Origin: Pseudomonas aeruginosa
GTDB taxonomy: Bacteria; Pseudomonadota; Gammaproteobacteria; Pseudomonadales; Pseudomonadaceae
Direction of reading: 5' to 3'
NCBI RefSeq assembly: GCF_001457615.1
Contig: NZ_LN831024.1
Span: 4,830,001 to 4,862,000, forward strand
DNA length: 32,000 nucleotides
Shown here in pieces: positions 18,576-27,361 of this stretch. Numbering within the stretch: the stretch's first letter is position 1; each line of letters opens with the position of its first letter. The notes beneath the pieces were generated by a model. It worked only from the letters and a program-made list of their open reading frames with translations. It had not been told where the DNA came from and made no database searches. The position numbers and the translations under genes are program-made.

Positions 18576-20188
18576 CCGTTCAAGGCCAGGCTCAGCCCCT
18601 GCGCCGTCGGCGCGGCCGCCTTGCCCGGCTCCGCGCCCTCCGGCCGGTAGCCGAGGCGCAGGCCGCCCCAGTGCTTGCCGTGGACGAAGATCGGCACCGA
18701 AAGATCGTGCATCAGCTCGCCGGTGTCACGGGTGTAGGTCTGTAGCAACAGCGGCTGCTGGTGGCTGCCGCAGCGAATCCCGGTGCGGTCGTTGAACAGG
18801 CGCTTGCTGCGGCTGCGCAACGCGTCCGTCTGCGGGTCGCCGCTGGGCGGATGGGCGAAGGCGCGATTGTGGGTGGGCACGTAGCCTTCGGGGGTACAGG
18901 CGATGGCGAATACCAGGTTGCGGTTGCGCTCCAGCAACTGCTCCTGGATGCCCGGCAGGACCTGGTCGGTGTAGCTGTCGAAGCGGGTCCGGTACTTGGT
19001 CGGCTGGGTATTGGGCAACGGCTGGTAGCTGCGGTCGAACAGGTCGTCGAGGTCGATGCGCCCGCTGCGCACGTCCTCCTCGAAGCGAGCGGCGATAGCC
19101 GCCGCGCCCTCCCGGGCGAGGTCGTAGACCGACTGGTGGTAGGCGTCCAGGCTGACCTCGGCGAGGCGCTCGCTGATCACCTCGGCCTGGTTCTCCAACT
19201 GGCTGGCAGCTTCGCCGAGGCGCAGGGTCTGTTCCTCGCTGGCGCTGAGGTCGCCGCGCACCTGCTCGACCGCGGCGAACAGGCTGGCGAGTTGGCTGCG
19301 GTTGATCTCGGCGCCCTGGGCGATCTCGGTAATCTGGCTTTCCACCCCGGCCGCCAGTTCGGCAATGCCTTCCAGTTGCCGACCGGTCAGCTCGACCTGG
19401 CCGACCCCTTCCCCCAACTCTTCGGAAAGCTGGCGGATCTGCTCGACCACCTCGCTGGTCTGGCGCTGGATCTCGGCGACCATCTGGCCGACTTCCTCGG
19501 TGGCCTCGGCGGTACGTCCGGCCAGGCCGCGCACCTCTTCGGCAACCACCGCGAAGCCGCGCCCATGCTCGCCGGCGCGGGCCGCCTCGATGGCCGCGTT
19601 GAGGGCCAGCAGGTTGGTCTGGCTGGCGATGCCCTGGATCACCAGGGTGACCCGCTGGATGTCCTCGCTGCGCTGGTTCAGCGCCTCGATCGCCTCGCGG
19701 CTGGCGCCCATCCGCTCGCTGAGCCGATGCATGCGCTCGATGGTCGAGGCCAGCAGCACCTGGCCTTCGTCGCTGCCGGCGCGCGCCCGGGTGGCGGCGT
19801 CCATGGCCTGGCGCGCCAGATTGGAGGTGGCGCGCTCGGTGTGGATCATCACTTCGGCGCTGCCGACGATCTGTTCGGCGGCGTCGAGCTGGGATTGCAG
19901 CTTCTCCGCCAGGCGCTTCACCGAGAACGCCACGCCGGCGGCCGACAAGGCGTTCTGGCTGGTGTTATGGGACAGGTCGCGAGCCAGCCGGGCGATGTCG
20001 GGCTCGCCGACGGTCGCCACCGCCGTGCGGTTGCCGGGAAGCAGCCAGGGCAACCAGAGCAGCGCCACGCCGAGCGGCAGGGCCAGGTACAGCGGCAGCC
20101 AGCCATGCCGGGCGCCGACCAGCAGGAGAACCAGGGCCAGGCTCTGCAACAGGCAGACGAAGAGGATGCGGGAACGAGCGGGCTGCAT
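18572..20188 (-). CDS. Methyl-accepting chemotaxis protein with N-terminal membrane hairpin and C-terminal extension
   Basis: The N-terminus has two closely spaced hydrophobic segments and no large periplasmic domain. The signalling hairpin tip is [47 protein letters not shown]. The C-terminal extension has [65 protein letters not shown]. Confidence 0.92.
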   Translation of the reverse strand: MQPARSRILFVCLLQSLALVLLLVGARHGWLPLYLALPLGVALLWLPWLLPGNRTAVATVGEPDIARLARDLSHNTSQNALSAAGVAFSVKRLAEKLQSQLDAAEQIVGSAEVMIHTERATSNLARQAMDAATRARAGSDEGQVLLASTIERMHRLSERMGASREAIEALNQRSEDIQRVTLVIQGIASQTNLLALNAAIEAARAGEHGRGFAVVAEEVRGLAGRTAEATEEVGQMVAEIQRQTSEVVEQIRQLSEELGEGVGQVELTGRQLEGIAELAAGVESQITEIAQGAEINRSQLASLFAAVEQVRGDLSASEEQTLRLGEAASQLENQAEVISERLAEVSLDAYHQSVYDLAREGAAAIAARFEEDVRSGRIDLDDLFDRSYQPLPNTQPTKYRTRFDSYTDQVLPGIQEQLLERNRNLVFAIACTPEGYVPTHNRAFAHPPSGDPQTDALRSRSKRLFNDRTGIRCGSHQQPLLLQTYTRDTGELMHDLSVPIFVHGKHWGGLRLGYRPEGAEPGKAAAPTAQGLSLALNG

Positions 20189-20475
20189 GAGTAAATCTCC
20201 GGCCTCCGGGGCGTTGCGTCATGACCCTGGGGTCGGACGGGCGACGGCGGGGCTTCTTTATTTGACTTGTAGTCCGGTTTGTAGCCCGCCCCCGGAAGCG
20301 CCGCCATCGTTCCTTAGTGGTATGGCCAATGGCTGGCATTCGACTAGCGCAGGCCGCGACGAAAGGCGGAGAACACCCCGGACGCGTCGGCCAGGCCTTG
20401 ATCCATGGGGGCTTCGCCGCATTTCCAGGGGACGCTCGAAGAACTTCCGTCCTGCCGTCCGTCGGCCGACACCGT

Positions 20476-20503
20476 ATGACAAGCCCGGAGCCCACGTTAT
20501 AAT
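20476..20503 (+). promoter_or_regulatory. Predicted sigma70 promoter upstream of the small GTG-started gene
   Basis: ATGACA(20476-20481) - 16 nt - TATAAT(20498-20503). The -10 is perfect and the -35 is 5/6. Confidence 0.5.
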
Positions 20504-20621
20504 TCCGCGCCCATTTACAGCCGGTAGCGGTCGACTAGACTCCCAACCGGCGCTGGCCGGACCCCGCTTCCGCCCAGCCTGGTCGCTATCGGGCCCGCTC
20601 TTTTTGGACTCAGGACCACCC

Positions 20622-20873
20622 GTGACGAAAGACGAATTGCGTGCCGCGCTGGCGCGCGAGGAACAGCGTTACAAGGACGTGTACGGCGGCGAAGTGACGC
20701 TTTATGCCGCCCAGCCGGAACCCGACCGCAAGCCCTGGCGCAAACGCCCAACCGTTCAGGAGCAGGCGTTCGATAGAGAACTGCAGAAGATCGAAGAAGA
20801 GCGTCTCAAGGCCGGGCAGGAAGCAGCGAACCCCATTCCATTTACCTCCAACCGACAGGAGAGCGACGGATAA
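20622..20873 (+). CDS. Small conserved-looking hypothetical protein (83 aa), GTG start
   Basis: The sequence GTG ACG AAA GAC GAA TTG.. translates to VTKDELRAALAREEQRYKDVYGGEVTLYAAQPEPDRKPWRKRPTVQEQAFDRELQKIEEERLKAGQEAANPIPFTSNRQESDG. It is the 3' part of the 19302..20873 ORF but starts after a promoter and is soluble and charged. Position matches PA4291 as I remember it. Confidence 0.6.
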   Translation: MTKDELRAALAREEQRYKDVYGGEVTLYAAQPEPDRKPWRKRPTVQEQAFDRELQKIEEERLKAGQEAANPIPFTSNRQESDG

Positions 20874-21016
20874 CGAAGCGTTTCAATCTGTTTCGTTTTT
20901 CCCGCAAAGCCCGATGCGACGGGGCGTTGCCCGCGACAATGGCAACCTTCCGGAGTTCCAGACGGATAAAAACGCATCTGGCATAATCGCCGCCCCGTCT
21001 CTGACCGGTTTCTCAC

Positions 21017-22486
21017 ATGTTCGATCTTTTCAGCGGGCTCGATGCCTGGGTGGGTATCAGCCTGGTGCTGGCCCTGGCCTTCGTCCTCACCTTCGAGTTC
21101 ATCAACGGCTTCCACGACACTGCCAACGCGGTGGCCACCGTCATCTACACCAAAGCGATGTCCCCCTACCGGGCGGTGATGCTCTCCGGTGTGTTCAACT
21201 TCCTCGGCGTGCTGCTCGGCGGTGTCGGCGTAGCCTACGCCATCGTTCACCTGCTGCCGGTGGAGCTGCTGATCAACGTGAACACCGGCCATGGCCTGGC
21301 GATGGTCTTCTCCCTGCTCGCCGCCGCCATCGCCTGGAACCTCGGCACCTGGTACTTCGGCATCCCGGCCTCCAGCTCGCACACCCTGATCGGCTCGATC
21401 CTCGGCGTCGGCCTGGCCAATGCGCTGATCACCGACGTGCCGCTGGCCGAAGGGATCAACTGGCAGAAGGCGATCGACATCGGCCTGTCGCTGATCTTCT
21501 CGCCGCTGGCCGGCTTCATGGTCGCCGCGTTGGTCCTGCTCGGACTGAAATGGTGGCGTCCGCTGTCGAAGATGCACAAAACCCCGGAAACCCGTCGCGA
21601 ACTCGACGAGAAGAAGCACCCGCCGTTCTGGAACCGCCTGGTGCTGGTGCTTTCCGCCATGGCGGTAAGCTTCGTCCATGGCTCCAACGACGGCCAGAAG
21701 GGTATCGGCCTGATCATGCTGGTACTGATCGGCATCGTCCCGGCCAAGTTCGTCCTCGACCTGAACAGCACCACCTACCAGATCGAGCGCACCCGCGACG
21801 CCGCCCTGCACCTCAGTCAGTTCTACCAGCGCCACACCGATACCCTCGGCGACATGCTGGCCCTGGGCAAGAGCAATGGCAGCGAGATGCCGCAGTTCTA
21901 CCGCTGCGATCCGAAACAGACCGAGCCGACCATCAACGCGCTGCTCCGCGACCTGCGCGGCGTGCCCAGCTACAACGACCTGGACGCCGACGAGCGCGTG
22001 CAGGTGCGTCGCTACCTGCTGTGCCTGGACGACACCGCGAAGAAGGTCGGCAAGCTGTCCGACCTGCCGGCGCGGGAGAAGGCCGACCTCGAGAAGCTAC
22101 GCAAGGACCTGACCGCGACCACCGAATACGCGCCGTTCTGGGTCATCATCGCGGTGGCCCTGGCTCTCGGCATCGGCACCATGGTCGGCTGGAAGCGCGT
22201 AGTGCTCACCGTCGGCGAGAAGATCGGCAAGCAGGGCATGACCTACGCCCAGGGCATGAGCGCGCAGATCACCGCCGCCGCCGCCATCGGCATGGCCAAC
22301 ATCTACAGCTTGCCGGTGTCCACCACCCATGTACTGTCCTCCGGCGTGGCCGGGACCATGGTGGCGAACAAAAGCGGCCTGCACGGCGGCACCGTGCGCA
22401 ACATCCTGATGGCCTGGGTGCTCACCCTGCCGACTTCGATGGCGCTGTCCGCCGGCCTGTTCTGGCTGGCCTCGCAATTCATCTGA
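21017..22486 (+). CDS. Inorganic phosphate transporter, Pit/PiT family
   Basis: LAFVLTFEFINGFHDTANAVATVIYTKAMSP and GTMVGWKRVVLTVGEKIGKQGMTYAQGMSAQITAAAAIGMANIYSLPVSTTHVLSSGVAGTMVA are the duplicated Pit signatures. Confidence 0.93.
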   Translation: MFDLFSGLDAWVGISLVLALAFVLTFEFINGFHDTANAVATVIYTKAMSPYRAVMLSGVFNFLGVLLGGVGVAYAIVHLLPVELLINVNTGHGLAMVFSLLAAAIAWNLGTWYFGIPASSSHTLIGSILGVGLANALITDVPLAEGINWQKAIDIGLSLIFSPLAGFMVAALVLLGLKWWRPLSKMHKTPETRRELDEKKHPPFWNRLVLVLSAMAVSFVHGSNDGQKGIGLIMLVLIGIVPAKFVLDLNSTTYQIERTRDAALHLSQFYQRHTDTLGDMLALGKSNGSEMPQFYRCDPKQTEPTINALLRDLRGVPSYNDLDADERVQVRRYLLCLDDTAKKVGKLSDLPAREKADLEKLRKDLTATTEYAPFWVIIAVALALGIGTMVGWKRVVLTVGEKIGKQGMTYAQGMSAQITAAAAIGMANIYSLPVSTTHVLSSGVAGTMVANKSGLHGGTVRNILMAWVLTLPTSMALSAGLFWLASQFI

Positions 22487-22503
22487 GCCGCCTCGCCGGT
22501 TGA

Positions 22504-22537
22504 AAAAAACGCCTGCTTGTCCGCAGGCGTTTTTTTT
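22504..22537 (+). terminator. Rho-independent terminator, potentially bidirectional
   Basis: AAAAAA CGCCTGC TTGTCC GCAGGCG TTTTTTTT: a perfect 7-bp stem (22510-22516 / 22523-22529), U-tract on the + strand and A-run on the other side. It lies between the converging pit and pprA genes. Confidence 0.93.
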
Positions 22538-22555
22538 GCCGCGCTCCCACCGACG

Positions 22556-25326
22556 TCATCCGCCCGCCTCGGCGGGCAGCGCCGCCAGCGGCAAGCGAAC
22601 CACGAACAACGCGCCCTCCCCCTGGTTGGCCGCCGTCAGGCTACCGCCCATGTTGCGCACCAGATCGTGGCTGACCGAGAGACCCAGGCCGGTACCCTTG
22701 CCCTCCACCTTGGTGGTGAAGAAGGGTTCGAATATCCGCTCCAGCAGGAGCGGTTCGATCCCGCCGCCGTTGTCGTGCACGTGCAATTCGACCCAGCCCG
22801 GTTCGCGGCAGGCCACCTGCTCCAGGCGAATGCGCCGGCTGGCCAGGCCAAGATTGCCGAGCAGGGCATCGCGGGCGTTGGCGAGCAGGTTGATGATCAC
22901 CTGTTCCAGCTGGTCCGCCTGCCCTCGTACCACCATCCGCTGCGTCGGCGCCGGGCACTCCACCTCGATGGCGTGCTGACGCAGCCCCTCGCCGAGCAGG
23001 CCCAGGGCGCCTTCGAAGGCGGTATAGGGGTCGAACGGCAGCGCCTCCAGCGCCGACTTGCGGCTGAACACGCCGAGGTGGCTGACCAGGCGGTCGACGC
23101 GCAGGACCTGGGCATCCATGCGCTCCAGTTTCTCGCCCAGGTAGTCGCCGTCGAGGCCGACGCTGTTCATCCGCTGGCGCATGTTGAAGAGGGTCATGCG
23201 CAGCACGTGCAGCGGCTGCTTCACCTCGTGGGCGAGGCCGCTGACCATCTCCCCCAGGCTGGCCATCTTGGCGCCTTGCGCCAGTTGCTGCTGGGCCCGA
23301 CGCACCGGCGTGTTGTCGCGTCCCACCGCCTGTACCTCGCACAATTCGCCCCGGGCGTCGAACAACGGTCGCTCGGCCCACACCAGCCAGAGAAAACGTT
23401 GCCCCGGCAGGTTGAAGCGCAGTTCCGGCACCTCGCTGGCGCCCTCCCGCGGCGAACCCAGCAGACGCGCGCGCAAGGCGCTGGCGTCTTCCGCCGCCAG
23501 CCACTCGTCGAGCCGGCGACCGACCAGGCGCTCCGGGCTGGTCGCGAGGCTATCGGCGAAGGTCCGGTTCACGTAGGTCAGCACCAGGTCGGCGGTATAG
23601 CGACAGATCAGCGCCGGCGAATCCTCCACCAGGACCCGGTAGCGTTCCTCGCTCTCGGCGATACGCTGTGCCGCCAGGTGCTGCTCGGTCACGTCCAGCC
23701 ACAGGCCCACCGCCTCGCTGGGCAGGCCCTGGGCATCGCGCAGCAGCTTGGCTTCGTCGTAGAGCCAGTGCCAGTTGCCCTGGCCATCGGCGAGGCGATA
23801 GCGGGTCTTCACCCGGCCCTCGCAAAGCAACTCGCGGCCACGGGCGAAAAAGGCCTCCAGGTCGTCCGGATGCACCCGTTCGGCGAGCGCCTGCCAACTC
23901 TGTCCCTGCAAGTCGAGGCCGAGCAGGTTGCTCGCGCTTTCGCTGTAGAACTCCGGCACCAGGTGCCCCTGCTCGACCCGCTGGACGTAGATCACCACCG
24001 GCGCGCTGTCGATCAGGCTGCGCAGCCGCGCGTGGGCCGCCTGTGCCCGTTCCTCCTGGCGCCGGCCTTCGCTGATGTCGAGCAGCACGCCGGACAGCCC
24101 CAGCGCGCTGCCGCGCCCCAGCGGTCGACCCTCGATGCGCAGCCAGCGGCGCTCGCCGCGGCTATCCGGCTGACGCAGGCAAAGGTCCTGGGCCAGCGCC
24201 TGGCCGCTGCGCAGGCTGGCACGCAGGCGCAGGCCGAGTTCGTCGGCGTCCGCCGGTTGCAGCAGGCCCTGCAGGTGTTCCAGCGGCACCCGACGATACT
24301 CGCCGGTCAACCCCAGGCTGTCGTGCAAGGCCGGCGCCAGTTCGAAGAGTTCCTGCTCCGCCCAGTAACGCCACCAGCCGCCGCCGATCATCTCCTGCAA
24401 CAGCCCCAGCTTGCGCGAACTGTCGTGCTGCTCGTGGAGTTCGCAGCGGTCCGCCACCTGGTTCGCCAGCAGTTCCGCGAGGTATTGCCAGTCCTGCGGC
24501 GCGGGCCCCTGGGCGAGCTGCTCCAGCGACATCGGCCGCACCAGCAATGCCCCCAGGCGGCCACCGCGCATCGCCGCCGGCACCAGGTAGAGCGCGTCCT
24601 CGCCGATCTGCCGGAGCAGCGTCGAGGCGCCTTCGCCACGGCGTAGCAAGCGCGCGCCCGCCCCTTCGCGCAGGTCGTCGTCGGCGAGTTGCAGGGTCGG
24701 TCGCAGCAAACTGTCGCTGCCAGGCCGCACATGACTGGCGAAGACCGTGCAGAAACCCTTGCCGTCGCCCAGCAGCAGGGCGATAGCCTGCATCTGGAAC
24801 GCGCCGGAGAGCGATTCGAGAATCTCCTGGACCGCCTCCGCCAGGTGTCCGTGGGAGACATGGCGCAGACGCGAAAGGATCAGCTTGCCCAGGCTCAGGC
24901 TCTGCAACTGGTGCTGCTGGTTGTCGGACTGCCAGTTGAGGTCGGAGATGTCCATGCCCAGCAGCAGCGAGCGTCCCAGGCCGTCGAGCGGCTGCATCGG
25001 CTGGAAACGACAGGTCAATGGCGCGGCGGCATCGCTGCGCAGCGTCAGGTCGAGACGCTCGCCCCGGCGCAGGCCGGCCAGCGTCGGCGCACCGGGGCGC
25101 GCCGCTCCAGATACTCGGCGAAAGGCCGCGGCTGTTCGCCAAGCCCATGGGCGCACTGCAGACGATACGCCTGCCGCCCGCCGACCCGGATCACGCGGTC
25201 CTGTTCGTCCATCTCGAAACACAGGTCCCAACTCCTCAGCGAAGCGCTCCAGAGGGTGGGGCCTTCCTGCGAAAAGGGTTCCGGCCTCTCGGCCTCGGCG
25301 GACGACGAGCGGGAAAATTCGAACAT
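22556..25326 (-). CDS. pprA: Two-component sensor histidine kinase PprA, PAS-containing. It is apparently interrupted by a frameshift near 25094; the downstream frame runs 22556 to about 25110 and the N-terminal frame about 25090 to 25326.
   Basis: C-terminal HisKA/HATPase: MASLGEMVSGLAHEVKQPLHVLRMTLFNMRQRM..QVIINLLANARDAL..VHDNGGGIEPLLLERIFEPFFTTKVEGKGTGLGLSVSHDLVRNMGG, with PAS motifs upstream. The N-terminus MFEFSRSSSAEAERPEPFSQEGPTLWSASLRSWDLCFEMDEQDRVIRVGG lies in a different frame (ORF 25045..25326) from the rest. Position next to fppA and pprB supports the name. Confidence 0.85.
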
Positions 25327-25335
25327 GCGACCACC

Positions 25336-25800
25336 TCACAGCAACAGGTTGGCACTCGCCTTCAGCGTCTGCGGCAGGTTGGGAATCGCGCCGATGCCGG
25401 GGAAGCTCAGCACGGGGATGATCGCCTTGCCCGGATCGCCGTACGGGTACTGCACGCAGACCTCGATCCGCGACGTGGCGCTGACGTAGTCGGCGTACTG
25501 GCCATTGCCGGCACAGGGCTGGAGGTTCGCCCGCCAGGCCGCCGGCATCCAGTCCAGGCGCGCGAGCAACTCGTCCCTGGCACGGGCTTCGGCGAGGCTC
25601 TCGTAGCCCGCATCGGAGGGATCGACAGCGATCGCCGCACGGGCCCCCACGGCAGCGGCATCGTTGAACGACTGCAACATGAGCAAAGGAATGCTGTAGC
25701 TGATCAGACCGTAAACCAGCGCGAAAAACAGCAGGAAGATCGCTGTGAATTCGATGGCGACGGCGCCGTGCTGGCGTCGCCGGGAAGCTTTTCCGAGCAT
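25336..25800 (-). CDS. tadF: TadE/TadF-like minor pilin (pseudopilin) of the Tad/Flp system
   Basis: Start Met at 25800 with GGGGATG upstream. MLGKASRRRQHGAVAIEFTAIFLLFFALVYGLISYSIPLLMLQSFNDAAAVGARAA is the TadE-like N-terminal hydrophobic segment with the AxEF motif. Confidence 0.82.
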   Translation of the reverse strand: MLGKASRRRQHGAVAIEFTAIFLLFFALVYGLISYSIPLLMLQSFNDAAAVGARAAIAVDPSDAGYESLAEARARDELLARLDWMPAAWRANLQPCAGNGQYADYVSATSRIEVCVQYPYGDPGKAIIPVLSFPGIGAIPNLPQTLKASANLLL

Positions 25801-25825
25801 GAGCTGACATCCCCGATCCGCATCC

Positions 25826-25874
25826 TTAATACTAGTCGTCATTCGCTCCGCCAACGTTACTGAAAAGGTATTAA
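25826..25874. promoter_or_regulatory. Inverted repeat in the divergent tadF/fppA intergenic region
   Basis: TTAATAC (25826-25832) and GTATTAA (25868-25874) form a perfect 7-bp inverted pair with centres 42 bp apart. Confidence 0.4.
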
Positions 25875-25905
25875 TCCAGATGTCGAAAAAAGGCTGAAGA
25901 ACAGG

Positions 25906-26388
25906 ATGGAGCAATTAGCACTGGCCTTGTGGGCAAGCGTTTGCGGATATCAGGACATCAAACGTTTGCGCGTCTCCAACTGGCTTATCCTGGGCGGATT
26001 TCTTATTTCCTTTGTTTATTTATATGTGAAAGAGTCAAGCCTGACCGGTGCTACGGTTAATATGGCAATGACCGCACTTTTTATAGGCGTCTGCCTCAGC
26101 CTTCCCGGCTACCTTCTCGGCAGGCTCGGCGCTGCCGACGTCAAGTACCTGGCCGCACTGGGGCTGGCCAGCGACCCACTTACGGTGCTCTATAGCCTGG
26201 CCTTCGGCTGCCTGCTGTGCATCGCGCTATTCATCCTCGTAAAGTTATTCAAACGTTCGGTAGAAAAGTCCGCAATGAATGAAGAAGTTCGCCTTCGAAG
26301 GGCACCGTCAAAAAACAAGTCATTCCCTTTTATATTCGCCATGAGCGCCGGCCTTTTGGCACATCTGATTATCAGTAAAATTATCTGA
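25906..26388 (+). CDS. fppA: Type IVb prepilin peptidase (A24 / CpaA-TadV family)
   Basis: An aspartate in DIKRLRVSNWLI and the second aspartate motif LGRLGAADVKYLAALGLA (GxxD-type aspartyl prepilin peptidase). It is a short multi-TM protein beside the Tad genes. Confidence 0.9.
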   Translation: MEQLALALWASVCGYQDIKRLRVSNWLILGGFLISFVYLYVKESSLTGATVNMAMTALFIGVCLSLPGYLLGRLGAADVKYLAALGLASDPLTVLYSLAFGCLLCIALFILVKLFKRSVEKSAMNEEVRLRRAPSKNKSFPFIFAMSAGLLAHLIISKII

Positions 26389-26493
26389 GTAAACTTGCGG
26401 AAGACCTCACTTAGCGACTATATGCTTATGGCTAATACCATTCGGTATGGCTGCATTCCAATGCACGTCCCCTGTTAAAAACAAAATAAGCAA

Positions 26494-27336
26494 ATGGAGC
26501 GTATGACCATGGACAAACCGGCCTCGCGGCATTTCAGCGTCTTGATCATCGATGATGAACCCCAGGTGACCTCGGAACTCCGCGAACTGCTGGAAAACAG
26601 TGGCTACCGTTGCGTAACCAGCACCCACCGGGAGTCGGCGATCGCCAGCTTCCAGGCCGACCCGAACATCGGCCTGGTCATCTGCGACCTCTACCTGGGG
26701 CAGGACAACGGTATCCGCCTGATCGAGAGCCTCAAGGAAGTCGCCGGCAACGGCAGGTTCTTCGAATCGATCATCCTCACCGGTCACGATGGCCGCCAGG
26801 AAGTGATCGAGGCCATGCGGGTCGGCGCCGCCGACTACTACCAGAAACCGGTGGCGCCGCAGGAACTGCTGCATGGCCTCGAACGCCTGGAGAACCGCCT
26901 GCACGAGCGCGTCCGCAGCCAGTTGAGCCTGAGCCACGTCAACCAGCGCCTGGAATACCTCGCCGAATCGCTGAACTCGATCTACCGCGATATCCACAAG
27001 ATCAAGTACGAGGTACACGGCAACAGCCAGCCGAGTGCCCTCAAGAGCGAAGACAGCCAGCCGTCCGCGCCGCCGGCGTCGGTCGCGGAAAGCCAGGTGT
27101 CCCCGAGCAATCCGCTGTTCGGCAAGCTGTCGCCCCGCCAGCAGGCGGTGGCGCGGCTGGTGAGCAAGGGCCTGACCAACTACCAGATAGCCTACGAGCT
27201 GGGCATCACCGAGAACACGGTGAAGCTGTACGTCTCCCAGGTGCTGCGCCTGATGCATATGCACAACCGCACACAGCTGGCGCTGGCCCTGTCGCCTGCG
27301 GCGATGCAGCAGGGCAGCGGAGCGGTGGTGCACTGA
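26494..27336 (+). CDS. pprB: Two-component response regulator PprB (receiver + LuxR-type HTH)
   Basis: Receiver FSVLIIDDEPQVTSELREL..LVICDLYLGQDNGIRLIESL..IILTGHDG..ADYYQKPVAPQEL and HTH LSPRQQAVARLVSKGLTNYQIAYELGITENTVKLYVSQVLRLM. The start could also be Met 26503 or 26509. Confidence 0.92.
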   Translation: MERMTMDKPASRHFSVLIIDDEPQVTSELRELLENSGYRCVTSTHRESAIASFQADPNIGLVICDLYLGQDNGIRLIESLKEVAGNGRFFESIILTGHDGRQEVIEAMRVGAADYYQKPVAPQELLHGLERLENRLHERVRSQLSLSHVNQRLEYLAESLNSIYRDIHKIKYEVHGNSQPSALKSEDSQPSAPPASVAESQVSPSNPLFGKLSPRQQAVARLVSKGLTNYQIAYELGITENTVKLYVSQVLRLMHMHNRTQLALALSPAAMQQGSGAVVH

Positions 27337-27361
27337 CAGGCGCGATGGCCCGGCGGGCCTG

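Noticed and set aside
16712-18745. 677-aa ORF across the AraC and chromate-transporter genes
   Set aside because: Wrong frame for both genes and Arg/Pro/Gly-rich. The alternative frames contain obvious family motifs.
20704-22503. 599-aa ORF overlapping the small gene and the phosphate transporter
   Set aside because: Out of frame with the clear Pit transporter; Arg/His/Pro-rich low-complexity translation.
22517-24646. 709-aa plus-strand ORF opposite pprA
   Set aside because: Antisense to the histidine kinase with no domain support.
27337-27361. GGCCC-GGC-GGGCC mini-hairpin between pprB and tadG as a terminator
   Set aside because: The stem is only 5 bp with a 3-nt loop and no U-tract on either strand; too weak to call.
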